DNA of 64,000 nucleotides from Candidatus Magasanikiibacteriota bacterium. Its GTDB lineage: Bacteria; Patescibacteriota; Patescibacteriia; Magasanikbacterales; GWA2-37-8. The stretch spans positions 512,875 to 576,874 of the forward strand of contig CAWJAS010000001.1 of NCBI GenBank assembly GCA_963840935.1, given 5' to 3'. Positions within the stretch are counted from its first letter, which is position 1; each line of letters starts with the position of its first letter. The notes under the pieces were generated by a model. That model searched no databases and was not told the DNA's origin. It saw only the letters and a program-made list of their open reading frames with translations. Shown piece after piece: positions 18,377 to 26,412 of the stretch. Both the position numbers and the translations under genes were made by a program.

Positions 18377-18405
18377 ATTATATCACATTTTTTGGGTTTT
18401 GTCAA
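18377..18405 (-). promoter_or_regulatory. Consensus sigma70 promoter for the small basic ORF
   Basis: Minus strand TTGACA-N17-TATAAT with an extended -10 TG. Confidence 0.8.
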
Positions 18406-18683
18406 CCCTATGTAGTGTAGCAATTACTACATAGGGTCAAGATGGAATAATTTGCGGTTTTTTTCAACGGGTGGGTTATCCACAGCCCGAGCCAAACAAT
18501 CCTTTTATATAGCAAAATAACTTGCTATAATATACATAAGATTTATTAATTATTTATATGGCGCAAGCATGCTTGTGAGCGTCAATCAGGTCGAATAAAC
18601 AATTGATATTTCTTGCAAAAAGGTAGTGGGTCCGTCGATAATTTGCTACCTTATTAATTTACATTTAATTATATATATTAATT

Positions 18684-19286
18684 ATGAAAAAGATTTTAGC
18701 AATAGTGGCTGCGTTCGCAGTTGTTGGCTTCAATGGGTTTATGCTCATGGAAGGCGCTGTGACACAAGCACAAGATTCCGATGCCTGGAATGTAACATTA
18801 TCAGTCACCTCAGAAATAGCAGTAACATGTGATGATGTCGGTGGTGATTTAGCACTTGCTCCGGCAATCCCAGGTATGACCGGTGGTTCTGCTACCGCAG
18901 AAACAACATGTAATGTTGAAACAAGTAATGATGATGGGTGGACATTATCAATCATAGATGATAATGGTGATTTTGGTGCAATGATTGATGGTGGAAATTC
19001 AATAGACGCATACCCGACTTCGACGCCGGCCGCATGGGTATTAGACAGCACATCAGCTGCCTATTACGGTTATTTTGCCTCCAGCTCATTCGCAACAGGT
19101 GGTCATGGGTATAACTTATATCGCGATCTTGATAACGCCGGTGACGATGTAGCTACTGATTCAGAAGAAACTGGCCCTACCGGTGTAGATGTTGTTTTCG
19201 GTTTTAGAGCCGAGATTGGCAATACTGCCAACCAACCGAGTGGTGACTATGTTTCTAACGTTACTGTAACTGCTACGGAAAACTAG
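18684..19286 (+). CDS. Secreted WxL-like/pilin-like protein (candidate major subunit)
   Basis: Signal peptide (TQA|), N-terminal WNVTLSVTS strand, WVL motif, C-terminal QPSGDYVSNVTVTATEN; acidic, no TM anchor. Confidence 0.65.
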   Translation: MKKILAIVAAFAVVGFNGFMLMEGAVTQAQDSDAWNVTLSVTSEIAVTCDDVGGDLALAPAIPGMTGGSATAETTCNVETSNDDGWTLSIIDDNGDFGAMIDGGNSIDAYPTSTPAAWVLDSTSAAYYGYFASSSFATGGHGYNLYRDLDNAGDDVATDSEETGPTGVDVVFGFRAEIGNTANQPSGDYVSNVTVTATEN

Positions 19287-19298
19287 ATTGTTTATTGA

Positions 19299-19324
19299 CT
19301 GAATGCCGTAATTGCGGCATTCAG
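19299..19324 (+). other. Intercistronic stem-loop after the candidate major subunit gene
   Basis: CTGAATGCCGT-AATT-GCGGCATTCAG, no T tract. Confidence 0.6.
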
Positions 19325-19347
19325 ATGAATTAATAATTTAATAATAT

Positions 19348-20355
19348 ATGAAAAAAAATATTTTTAGGGGAGGTATTTTGGCTTTTATTGTATGTCTTTT
19401 CATAGGAATGAACGTTAGTGCTTTTAATATTGAAAGTTTAGAAAACCCAAGGATTGATAATGATTTTGTGGTTGGGCCCGGTAAAACAGAAATAAGAATA
19501 AATCCGGGCGAGACATCGGTCAAATCAATTACAGTAACTAATCGATACGCGACAGAAAGATTATTTAATATTGAAATAGAGGATTTTACATCTCCTGATG
19601 AAGGCGACAGCTCAGGGGTAATTAAATTACTTGGCGAAGAAAAAGGCCCTTATTCATTGCGCGATTATTTAAAACCGGATGAAACATCTTTTGTGTTACA
19701 AAGCGGTGATAGGGCGACAATTAGAGTTGAAATTAATATCCCGGAAGACGCAACTCCGGGTGGTTTATACGGTGCCGTTATTGTTTCGCACGAATCAACG
19801 GATCCGCTTGAAGTTGCCCGTGAAAACGAGGTCGCTGGTGGTATTAAGCTTAAAAATAGAATTGCTTCATTGTATTTTGTCAGAATAAACGGCGATGTTT
19901 TTGAAAATGGTGAATTAACCAGTTTTGATTCTGACAAATCTATTTACAAAAACGGACCGATAAAATTTGATTTTAAGTACAAAAACACGGGTTCAATCTA
20001 TGTAAATCCATACGGCGTTATTGAAATAAAAAATCTTTACGGTACCCTTGTTGAAAAAATTAATGTTCTGCCATATTATGTGATGCCTGGCGCAGAAAGA
20101 TTAACCACAAAGGTGTTTGACCGTGAATTCACCATGGGCAGATACAAGGCGACTCTCAAATTAAATCGCGGATACGGTGATATAATTGACGAAAAAACAG
20201 TTGTTTTCTGGGTTTTGCCGATCAAAATGGTCGCCGGAATTCTTATCGGATTATTCCTTTTGCTCGTCATTATCCGCGCTATTAGAAATTGGTTCAAGAA
20301 AAACTTTGAATATAAAGGCGGGAAAAACAAAAATCAAGCACCGCCACAAGAATAA
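19348..20355 (+). CDS. DUF916/DUF3324-like (WxL-interacting) two-Ig protein with C-terminal TM anchor
   Basis: GPGKTEIRINPGE..ITVTN, IPEDATPGGLYGAVIV, KNTGSIYVNPYG.IEIKN, GRYKATL, FWVLP then TM and basic tail. Confidence 0.7.
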   Translation: MKKNIFRGGILAFIVCLFIGMNVSAFNIESLENPRIDNDFVVGPGKTEIRINPGETSVKSITVTNRYATERLFNIEIEDFTSPDEGDSSGVIKLLGEEKGPYSLRDYLKPDETSFVLQSGDRATIRVEINIPEDATPGGLYGAVIVSHESTDPLEVARENEVAGGIKLKNRIASLYFVRINGDVFENGELTSFDSDKSIYKNGPIKFDFKYKNTGSIYVNPYGVIEIKNLYGTLVEKINVLPYYVMPGAERLTTKVFDREFTMGRYKATLKLNRGYGDIIDEKTVVFWVLPIKMVAGILIGLFLLLVIIRAIRNWFKKNFEYKGGKNKNQAPPQE

Positions 20356-20361
20356 AGAATT

Positions 20362-21141
20362 ATGGATTTAATGCGGAGCGCGATTCAATCAATAATTTTT
20401 ACTGGACTCATCCTAATTACCGGCGTTTTTATAACGCCGGTTTTTGGGCAAGTAATGGAAAGCAGTAATTGGAAAATCAGCCAGGATTCAATTAATTTTG
20501 GCGGTGGCTGGAGCGCGAGCACAAGCTATTCAATGGAAGACACCTACGGAGAAATCGCTACCGGATGGTCGTATTCGGATGAATACTCGCTTCACGCAGG
20601 TTATCAGCAAATGGACCAGGAAACCTATATTAGTTTGACTATGGCAACCGCAACAACCATGTTGCCTTCAATTCCAGGATTGAGTGGGGGAACAGCAACC
20701 GGTTCAACCGAAGCAGTGATCAAAACAAATAATGTTATTGGATACACGCTCGAAATCAACGCTTCAACAACGCCCGCCATGCAAAAAGCCGATTTATCAA
20801 AATATTTTTCCGATTATACCCCGGCCGGAGCAAATCCGGATTTTAATTGGCAAATTTTGAGCACCACCTCAGAATTCGGATTTTCACCAAAAGGCGATGA
20901 TGTGGTGCAAAAATATTTGGATAATGGAACAAGTGAATGTAATGAACCGGGTGGGTCTAATACGCCAGACAAATGTTGGGATAACTTTGCTTTAACAGCC
21001 AAAGTTTTGAGTATGTCCGCATCCGCAAATGAAACCGGCGCGACCACCACAATTAATTTACAAGCCGAATCAGGAAATGAAAATGTTCAAGTATCGGGTT
21101 CTTATTACGCCAATCTAACTGTAACCGCTTATGTCAATTAA
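20362..21141 (+). CDS. Secreted paralog of the 18684 protein with an extra N-terminal domain (candidate tip subunit)
   Basis: PSIPGLSGGTATG..GYTLEI, WQI and QVSGSYYANLTVTAYVN align with the 18684 protein; N-domain MESSNWKISQDSINFGGG...YSLHAGYQQ. Confidence 0.65.
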   Translation: MDLMRSAIQSIIFTGLILITGVFITPVFGQVMESSNWKISQDSINFGGGWSASTSYSMEDTYGEIATGWSYSDEYSLHAGYQQMDQETYISLTMATATTMLPSIPGLSGGTATGSTEAVIKTNNVIGYTLEINASTTPAMQKADLSKYFSDYTPAGANPDFNWQILSTTSEFGFSPKGDDVVQKYLDNGTSECNEPGGSNTPDKCWDNFALTAKVLSMSASANETGATTTINLQAESGNENVQVSGSYYANLTVTAYVN

Positions 21142-21808
21142 AATAAATTGCCATATTAATAAAAAAATACTGTTTGGCTCGCTGTTTGCGTTGTTATCGG
21201 CCGGGGCGGTTTTTGCGGCGACTAATAGTTGGATAGTTTCTCTCCAAGTAACTTCACCTGTTGCAGGCACTGTTCGCTGGGCGATTCCCGAGGGTAGAGT
21301 GGGGGCTTCAAGCACAAATTGGGATACGACTTTTTATTTGGCGGTGAGACCGGCTGATGACGCTGATACATCAATAATTTTTGCCATGGATACACTTGCT
21401 TCAACCACAGTGGCGGGTGAATACACGACGCCGATTACTTTTACAGGCGTAACGAACAGTTCAACATATGACGTGGCTTTTAAAAGCCACCAACATATCA
21501 GTTCCAAGCTTAATAATGTATTTTTGGATGCCGGCAATAACTCCTTGAATTTTACACAACCCGATAATTCGATTTTTGTTGGTCCTCTTCGATTGTTTGC
21601 GGGCGATATTAACGGAGCGGGTGATTCACCTGCAACTTTGGGTGATAACTCAATAAATTCAGTTGATTTATCCATTCTTTTGGGCAATCTTGATTATGAT
21701 GACCCAACCACACGCGGTATTAGAGCGAATTTGAATCAAGACACTATTATTAATTCTGTTGATTTAGGCATGTTGATTGATAATCTTGATAAAGAAGGGG
21801 ATATATAA
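21131..21808 (+). CDS. Secreted protein with C-terminal dockerin-like double Ca-binding repeat
   Basis: Signal peptide (VFA|), WIVSLQVTS strand, AGDING..DNSINSVDLSILLGNL and ANLNQDTIINSVDLGMLIDNL. Confidence 0.7.
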   Translation: MSIKINCHINKKILFGSLFALLSAGAVFAATNSWIVSLQVTSPVAGTVRWAIPEGRVGASSTNWDTTFYLAVRPADDADTSIIFAMDTLASTTVAGEYTTPITFTGVTNSSTYDVAFKSHQHISSKLNNVFLDAGNNSLNFTQPDNSIFVGPLRLFAGDINGAGDSPATLGDNSINSVDLSILLGNLDYDDPTTRGIRANLNQDTIINSVDLGMLIDNLDKEGDI

Positions 21809-21827
21809 TAATTTAAAATAATAAGTA

Positions 21828-21859
21828 AAAATCCCGTCAGCCCAGGCTGACGGGATTTT
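21828..21859. terminator. Bidirectional terminator between the convergent surface-protein operons
   Basis: AAAATCCCGTCAGCC-CA-GGCTGACGGGATTTT. Confidence 0.8.
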
Positions 21860-21863
21860 ATTT

Positions 21864-21903
21864 AGATTGCTTCGTCGTCCCTTTGGGACTCCTCGCAATG
21901 ACA
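21864..21903 (-). repeat. REP-like palindromic element
   Basis: Reverse complement is TGTCATTGCGAGGAGTCCCAAAGGGACGACGAAGCAATCT, with nested hairpins (ATTGC/GCAAT, GTCCC/GGGAC). Confidence 0.6.
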
Positions 21904-21916
21904 AGTATGAAATTAT

Positions 21917-23008
21917 TTAATTTAATAAGTACCATTTGCCGTCAATGTATTCAAACGGATAAACAAGTTCGTGGCCATTGACAAGCACTGTAATTATCAC
22001 CGCTTTATCAATAAGCAATGAATATTTATTGAGATTAAATTTATCAACCACGACAACGCTTTTTATTATTAATTCCTGGTCATTTACGTTTTCCGGTTTT
22101 ATCCCGCTTGAATACGCGCTAATAAAATCGCTTTCCGCCACTTTTGCTTTAATAGTCGGTGAAATATTATTCAAATATATATCCGAATATCGTCCTCGCG
22201 CTTCGGCATCAATAATTTTTATCAAATTATTAAACAAAGCCACATCAAACAATATGTTCATTTCTTCAGTTTTTTGTTTGGCCGGAGGTAAAAACACGAG
22301 CGGGCGTAAAAGTTCATTGTGAGTCGCTTTTATACCCTCATTCACGGCAATATTATTGAATATATAATGACCCGAACCGGAAGTGCGGATGGATGTGTTG
22401 TTGTAAACCAAATCAATATTCGCCACTCCTGTTTTATCGAGCGGATGAAGAACTTGCCCTTTAATTTCATCAACAACAGTAATTTTTGGTGTATTATTGA
22501 ATAATCCCGATAAAAAGTTGGTTTTTCGATTCAAATATAAGCCCGCAACGACTGTTGCCACCCAGGCAAGCGCGCAAATAAGCAGGGCATATCGCAAATA
22601 ATGATGCGCAGTATTTTTTGGCTGAATTTCAACCGGTCCATCAGCTGAGCCGGGTAAATTAACTAAACTTCTTTCTCGCTTACTCGCTTTTCTGGCAAAT
22701 AATAATAAAAATGTGGATAAAAACAAAATTACGCCTGTAAGCAAAAGTAACGGCCAAATCAAATAACCGGGCACCGCATCATTCATTTTTTGAATAAATA
22801 CAGGCTCTGTTTTTATTGATTCTGTTTTTGGCGTATCTTTAACAACATACATTATGGCTTGGTCCATATTGCCGTATTCATCCTCAACCGACACAATGTG
22901 CGCTCCGGCAGGCAAGTTATTATCAATAACAATGTTCCAATCACCCGTGTTATTGCTTTCCAAATTGTATGTTTTCGGCGCCTGGGCCAAATGGGTTATT
23001 TGATTCAT
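21917..23008 (-). CDS. Two-TM membrane protein: partial Ig domain at the N-terminus, carboxypeptidase-regulatory-like domain after the TMs
   Basis: TYNLESNNTGDWNIVIDNNLPAGAHIVSVEDEYGN; TMs flanking a basic loop RKASKRER; IKGQVL..GVANIDL..TSGSGHYIF. Confidence 0.65.
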   Translation of the reverse strand: MNQITHLAQAPKTYNLESNNTGDWNIVIDNNLPAGAHIVSVEDEYGNMDQAIMYVVKDTPKTESIKTEPVFIQKMNDAVPGYLIWPLLLLTGVILFLSTFLLLFARKASKRERSLVNLPGSADGPVEIQPKNTAHHYLRYALLICALAWVATVVAGLYLNRKTNFLSGLFNNTPKITVVDEIKGQVLHPLDKTGVANIDLVYNNTSIRTSGSGHYIFNNIAVNEGIKATHNELLRPLVFLPPAKQKTEEMNILFDVALFNNLIKIIDAEARGRYSDIYLNNISPTIKAKVAESDFISAYSSGIKPENVNDQELIIKSVVVVDKFNLNKYSLLIDKAVIITVLVNGHELVYPFEYIDGKWYLLN

Positions 23009-23009
23009 A

Positions 23010-25481
23010 TTAATAAATGGTCATTAATAATTTTGTGGATGGTTCGGCGGTGCCGTTAATTGAAATCACGCTATCGTCATCGCTAACATTTTGAATTTGA
23101 ATATTCAATATTTTTACAAGCTTTTCAAGCAATGATTCAGGCGCGGGCGGAGAAATTACCGGTGGAATAACGGATGTTGCCGGGGGCGCAGTTGGAGTTG
23201 TCGGACGAATCGTTGTGGCTGGAACGGTTGGGCACACTGGGCAAGCGGGGCAGGCCGGGCAAGCTTCACATTCCGGCTCAGGGCCCGTGAATGATGTTTT
23301 GAAAACAGGAGCCATGCTCATTTCTGTGCCCAAAACCACATTGCCGGCCATGTTTGAAACAGGTTTAAAGTAATATAAATTTCCTGGTTCTAAACCGTTC
23401 ACCACCACGCTGTGATAGGTTGAATTATCGGCGTATGTAACAGTTGAATAATCATAATTATAATTTGGTTCACTGCCCATGGTTAGGGGTGAATCAGTGC
23501 CATAAATTACTCTGGCGTCGCCCGGCATGCTTGTGTACCATGTAACCAAAACCGAATTCTCATCAATTTGCGCGACACTCGCGTTCAAAGTATTAATTGA
23601 CGCCACAGGTGATGACCCACCGCCACTTGGGGGAGTTACAGAGCCCCCACCACCGGTACCGATACAAAGAAGCAAAGAATCACTCCAAGAAGTGTTTGAA
23701 CCGCAGTATGCTGAACCCGATGGACAACCGGCACCACTAACAACAAGCCCATAAACATACCGCTCCATTAAATTGTTTGTAGTATCTCGTGAATAAATTA
23801 TCACGGGAACTGACTCGCCGACGGCAAAATTCACCGGCGGGTCAATTGTGATGGTGTAATCATTCGCCGTGCCACTCACGCCAAAAGTTTGGCTTGATGC
23901 ATAGGTAATTCTTGTGCCGTTTGTGGTAACGGTTCCGGCGCCACCGGCACTTGTGTAATATGTGCCGTTTACATAAACCACAGTATTTGCCAAATCAACT
24001 CCGGTTCCATCATCTTTTATGTGAAAAACAATATTATCCGCCTGGGCTATAACCGCGTCATTTGCCGGGTTTAATCCATCAACATACGGAGTACCTGAAT
24101 CAACGGTAGAAAATGTGTAATTATCGGTTGTCATTGTATTTGCCGGGCTAGCCAAGTCCGTGCAATCATAAACACTAATGGACACGGTTTCGTTTTGGCC
24201 AAAATCAGTGGTTGGATTGATATCAAATGAATATCCATAATTTATGGCGCTCACAGTCACACCGGCGTCGCCTTGGGCAAATACAGTATTGCCAAAAGTG
24301 GCGGATTGAACCCGAATTTTGCAAGTAGCCGGGTTTACTCCGGTGCCTGAAGGACCGCTAGGATATGATTTTCTGTCTGTAATTTGAACAGTGACATTCG
24401 TATTGACGGCAACTCCACTACTGCCTCGCGCCGGTGATTCGGCCTGCACTCTTGGGGCGACAGTGTCGGATTCTGTGGTAAATGTCCATGTTTTTGTGTC
24501 TACTGTATTTGGCCCGTTCGTGTCACCCAATTGATCTTGATTTGTTGAGGCGCGATCCTCATAATTACTTATTTGCACCGAATATGTAGTATTGTAATCC
24601 CAATTTCTGGTGTCTCCGGGAATTCCTGAAGGACTTGTTGGATTGACGGTTGTAACACACAAATTCGTGCCCCAAATACCCGAACATGAATAGCTTGCGA
24701 AGGGTAAATAATTTACAGAATTAAAAGTAATTGCTCCGGTCGCCGTGTTTACACCCGTTCCCACTCCACTATCATCGCCTTCGCCATTCTTGGAATCCCT
24801 CAAATCAAAGGTGTAATTCCCATCAATAGTGAATCCCGAACCGCCGTTAGTCGGACTTGGATTTTGAGCGTATGGAATTTTTGTATCCGCCCAAATGTGA
24901 ATTTCAAAATCCTCGGCATCTTCCAAAATATCATTGCCCAAGTATGAAATATTTGACTCGGTGGTATTGCCAATCGTACCTATATTAATATTGATTGTTT
25001 GAGGAGAGGTTGTTCCGTAACTGGCCACAGTTGGATAAAAAGCCGTGGTTTGAAACGAACCGAATGTGCCAAGCCCGCTTGAATAACCTTCGGTTCTGTA
25101 GCCGGTCATTCGCATTCTATAATTAGATCCGCTGACCAGAGTCGTTGTGACACCGGACCAAGTGGGGAAATATGTGCCGGTAGACAATCCGGTTGTGGAG
25201 ACATATTGCCCGTCATAATCAACCCAGATGTTTGAAGCATTGGTGTGGTCGGAAGTGATCTGAATGGTTTCGGTCCATGTTTGGCCGACATAATAGTAAT
25301 TCAAATCATCGGCCGAGCCGGTCCCGCCGTCTCCTGTATTGTCACTGCCGGTGTAGGGAGAAGCCGTGAGTTGAAACCAATTTGTTCCACTTGGAGTCGC
25401 CGCTATGGCAATTGTCACAAATAATAACGATAAACAGACAATTATCCCGGCGGATAAAGCCATTTTTTTGGTAAATTGCAT
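23010..25481 (-). CDS. Large secreted scaffold: cohesin-like domain, three SbsA/Big_5-like Ig repeats, FN3, Cys/Pro linker, partial Ig
   Basis: YYVGQTWTETIQI..VDYD..GTYFPTW..GLGTFGSF..GNTTESNI..GNDIL; repeats DT.AP.V...P..G; LVTWYT..YHSVVVNGLEPGNLYYF; CPACPACPVCP. Confidence 0.7.
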   Translation of the reverse strand: MQFTKKMALSAGIIVCLSLLFVTIAIAATPSGTNWFQLTASPYTGSDNTGDGGTGSADDLNYYYVGQTWTETIQITSDHTNASNIWVDYDGQYVSTTGLSTGTYFPTWSGVTTTLVSGSNYRMRMTGYRTEGYSSGLGTFGSFQTTAFYPTVASYGTTSPQTININIGTIGNTTESNISYLGNDILEDAEDFEIHIWADTKIPYAQNPSPTNGGSGFTIDGNYTFDLRDSKNGEGDDSGVGTGVNTATGAITFNSVNYLPFASYSCSGIWGTNLCVTTVNPTSPSGIPGDTRNWDYNTTYSVQISNYEDRASTNQDQLGDTNGPNTVDTKTWTFTTESDTVAPRVQAESPARGSSGVAVNTNVTVQITDRKSYPSGPSGTGVNPATCKIRVQSATFGNTVFAQGDAGVTVSAINYGYSFDINPTTDFGQNETVSISVYDCTDLASPANTMTTDNYTFSTVDSGTPYVDGLNPANDAVIAQADNIVFHIKDDGTGVDLANTVVYVNGTYYTSAGGAGTVTTNGTRITYASSQTFGVSGTANDYTITIDPPVNFAVGESVPVIIYSRDTTNNLMERYVYGLVVSGAGCPSGSAYCGSNTSWSDSLLLCIGTGGGGSVTPPSGGGSSPVASINTLNASVAQIDENSVLVTWYTSMPGDARVIYGTDSPLTMGSEPNYNYDYSTVTYADNSTYHSVVVNGLEPGNLYYFKPVSNMAGNVVLGTEMSMAPVFKTSFTGPEPECEACPACPACPVCPTVPATTIRPTTPTAPPATSVIPPVISPPAPESLLEKLVKILNIQIQNVSDDDSVISINGTAEPSTKLLMTIY

Positions 25482-25592
25482 AATTAATTGTTATTTTTTA
25501 TTGATTTTATTATATCATAAATTTTCACATAATACAGCAAAAAATCAAACCTGCCTGTGAATATCTTTTTTGCTGTGATATAATTATTCAAT

Positions 25593-26363
25593 ATGGATAT
25601 TATTCACGCTATTATATTGGGCATAGTTGAGGGGATTACCGAGTTTTTGCCCATTTCATCAACCGGGCATTTAATTTTGGCTTCTGATTTGCTAAACATC
25701 CAAAAAACGAATTTTTTATCCAGTTTTGAAATCAGCATACAGCTCGGCGCCATCATGTCTGTGGTTTTTATTTATTGGCGAAAAATTTTTGATAATAAAA
25801 TATTGTTCAAAACCGTGGCTGTTGCTTTTTTGCCGGCAGCGATTCTGGGTTTAATTTTTTACAAACTGATTAAATCCTATTTATTCGGCAATCTTTATGT
25901 AGTTTTAGTTTCATTGTTTGTCGGCGGAATCCTGCTTATTATTTTTGAGTATTTTTATAAAGAAAAGACTACGGCCATTGACGCGCCGGAAAAAGTGACA
26001 GTTAAACAAGCTTTTGTTATCGGTTTATTTCAATGTTTGGCGATGGTGCCGGGAGTTTCCAGGGCCGCGTCCACCATAATTGGCGGTTTAATAATCGGAC
26101 TTAAAAGAAAAACGATTGTCGAATTTTCATTCTTGTTGGCAATTCCTACCATGTTCGCGGCTACCGGCTGGGACTTGCTTAAAACCGGAATTGATTTCAA
26201 TGTCAATGAATGGTTGTTGATTTTATCGGGTTTCGTCGTTTCATTTATTGTCGCGTGGTTTAGCGTAAAATGGCTCTTAAAATTCATCCAAAAAAATTCT
26301 TTTATAGCTTTTGGCATTTACAGAATCGCTATCGCCGTCCTTTTTTGGCTAATGGTATTGTAA
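25593..26363 (+). CDS. uppP: Undecaprenyl-diphosphate phosphatase
   Basis: GIVEGITEFLPISSTGH, PGVSRAAST, EFSFLLAIP. Confidence 0.96.
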   Translation: MDIIHAIILGIVEGITEFLPISSTGHLILASDLLNIQKTNFLSSFEISIQLGAIMSVVFIYWRKIFDNKILFKTVAVAFLPAAILGLIFYKLIKSYLFGNLYVVLVSLFVGGILLIIFEYFYKEKTTAIDAPEKVTVKQAFVIGLFQCLAMVPGVSRAASTIIGGLIIGLKRKTIVEFSFLLAIPTMFAATGWDLLKTGIDFNVNEWLLILSGFVVSFIVAWFSVKWLLKFIQKNSFIAFGIYRIAIAVLFWLMVL

Positions 26364-26412
26364 AATTTACGAAAATTTGATAAATTAAATAATAATAACT
26401 AATTATAAAAAT

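Noticed and set aside
18405-18437. NrdR boxes
   Set aside because: Only a partial resemblance, the spacing does not fit tandem NrdR boxes, and no ribonucleotide reductase gene is adjacent.
13200-18500. Replication origin
   Set aside because: The DnaA boxes are single and about 5 kb apart, with no cluster and no dnaA/dnaN nearby.
18540-18683. Riboswitch in the leader of the pilin-like operon
   Set aside because: Two possible hairpins, but no conserved motif of a riboswitch class I can recognise; an Rfam scan would be needed.
18684-21808. Type IV pilin or sortase-dependent pilus
   Set aside because: No class III signal peptide (G|FTLxE), no LPxTG motifs, and no sortase or assembly ATPase in the window.
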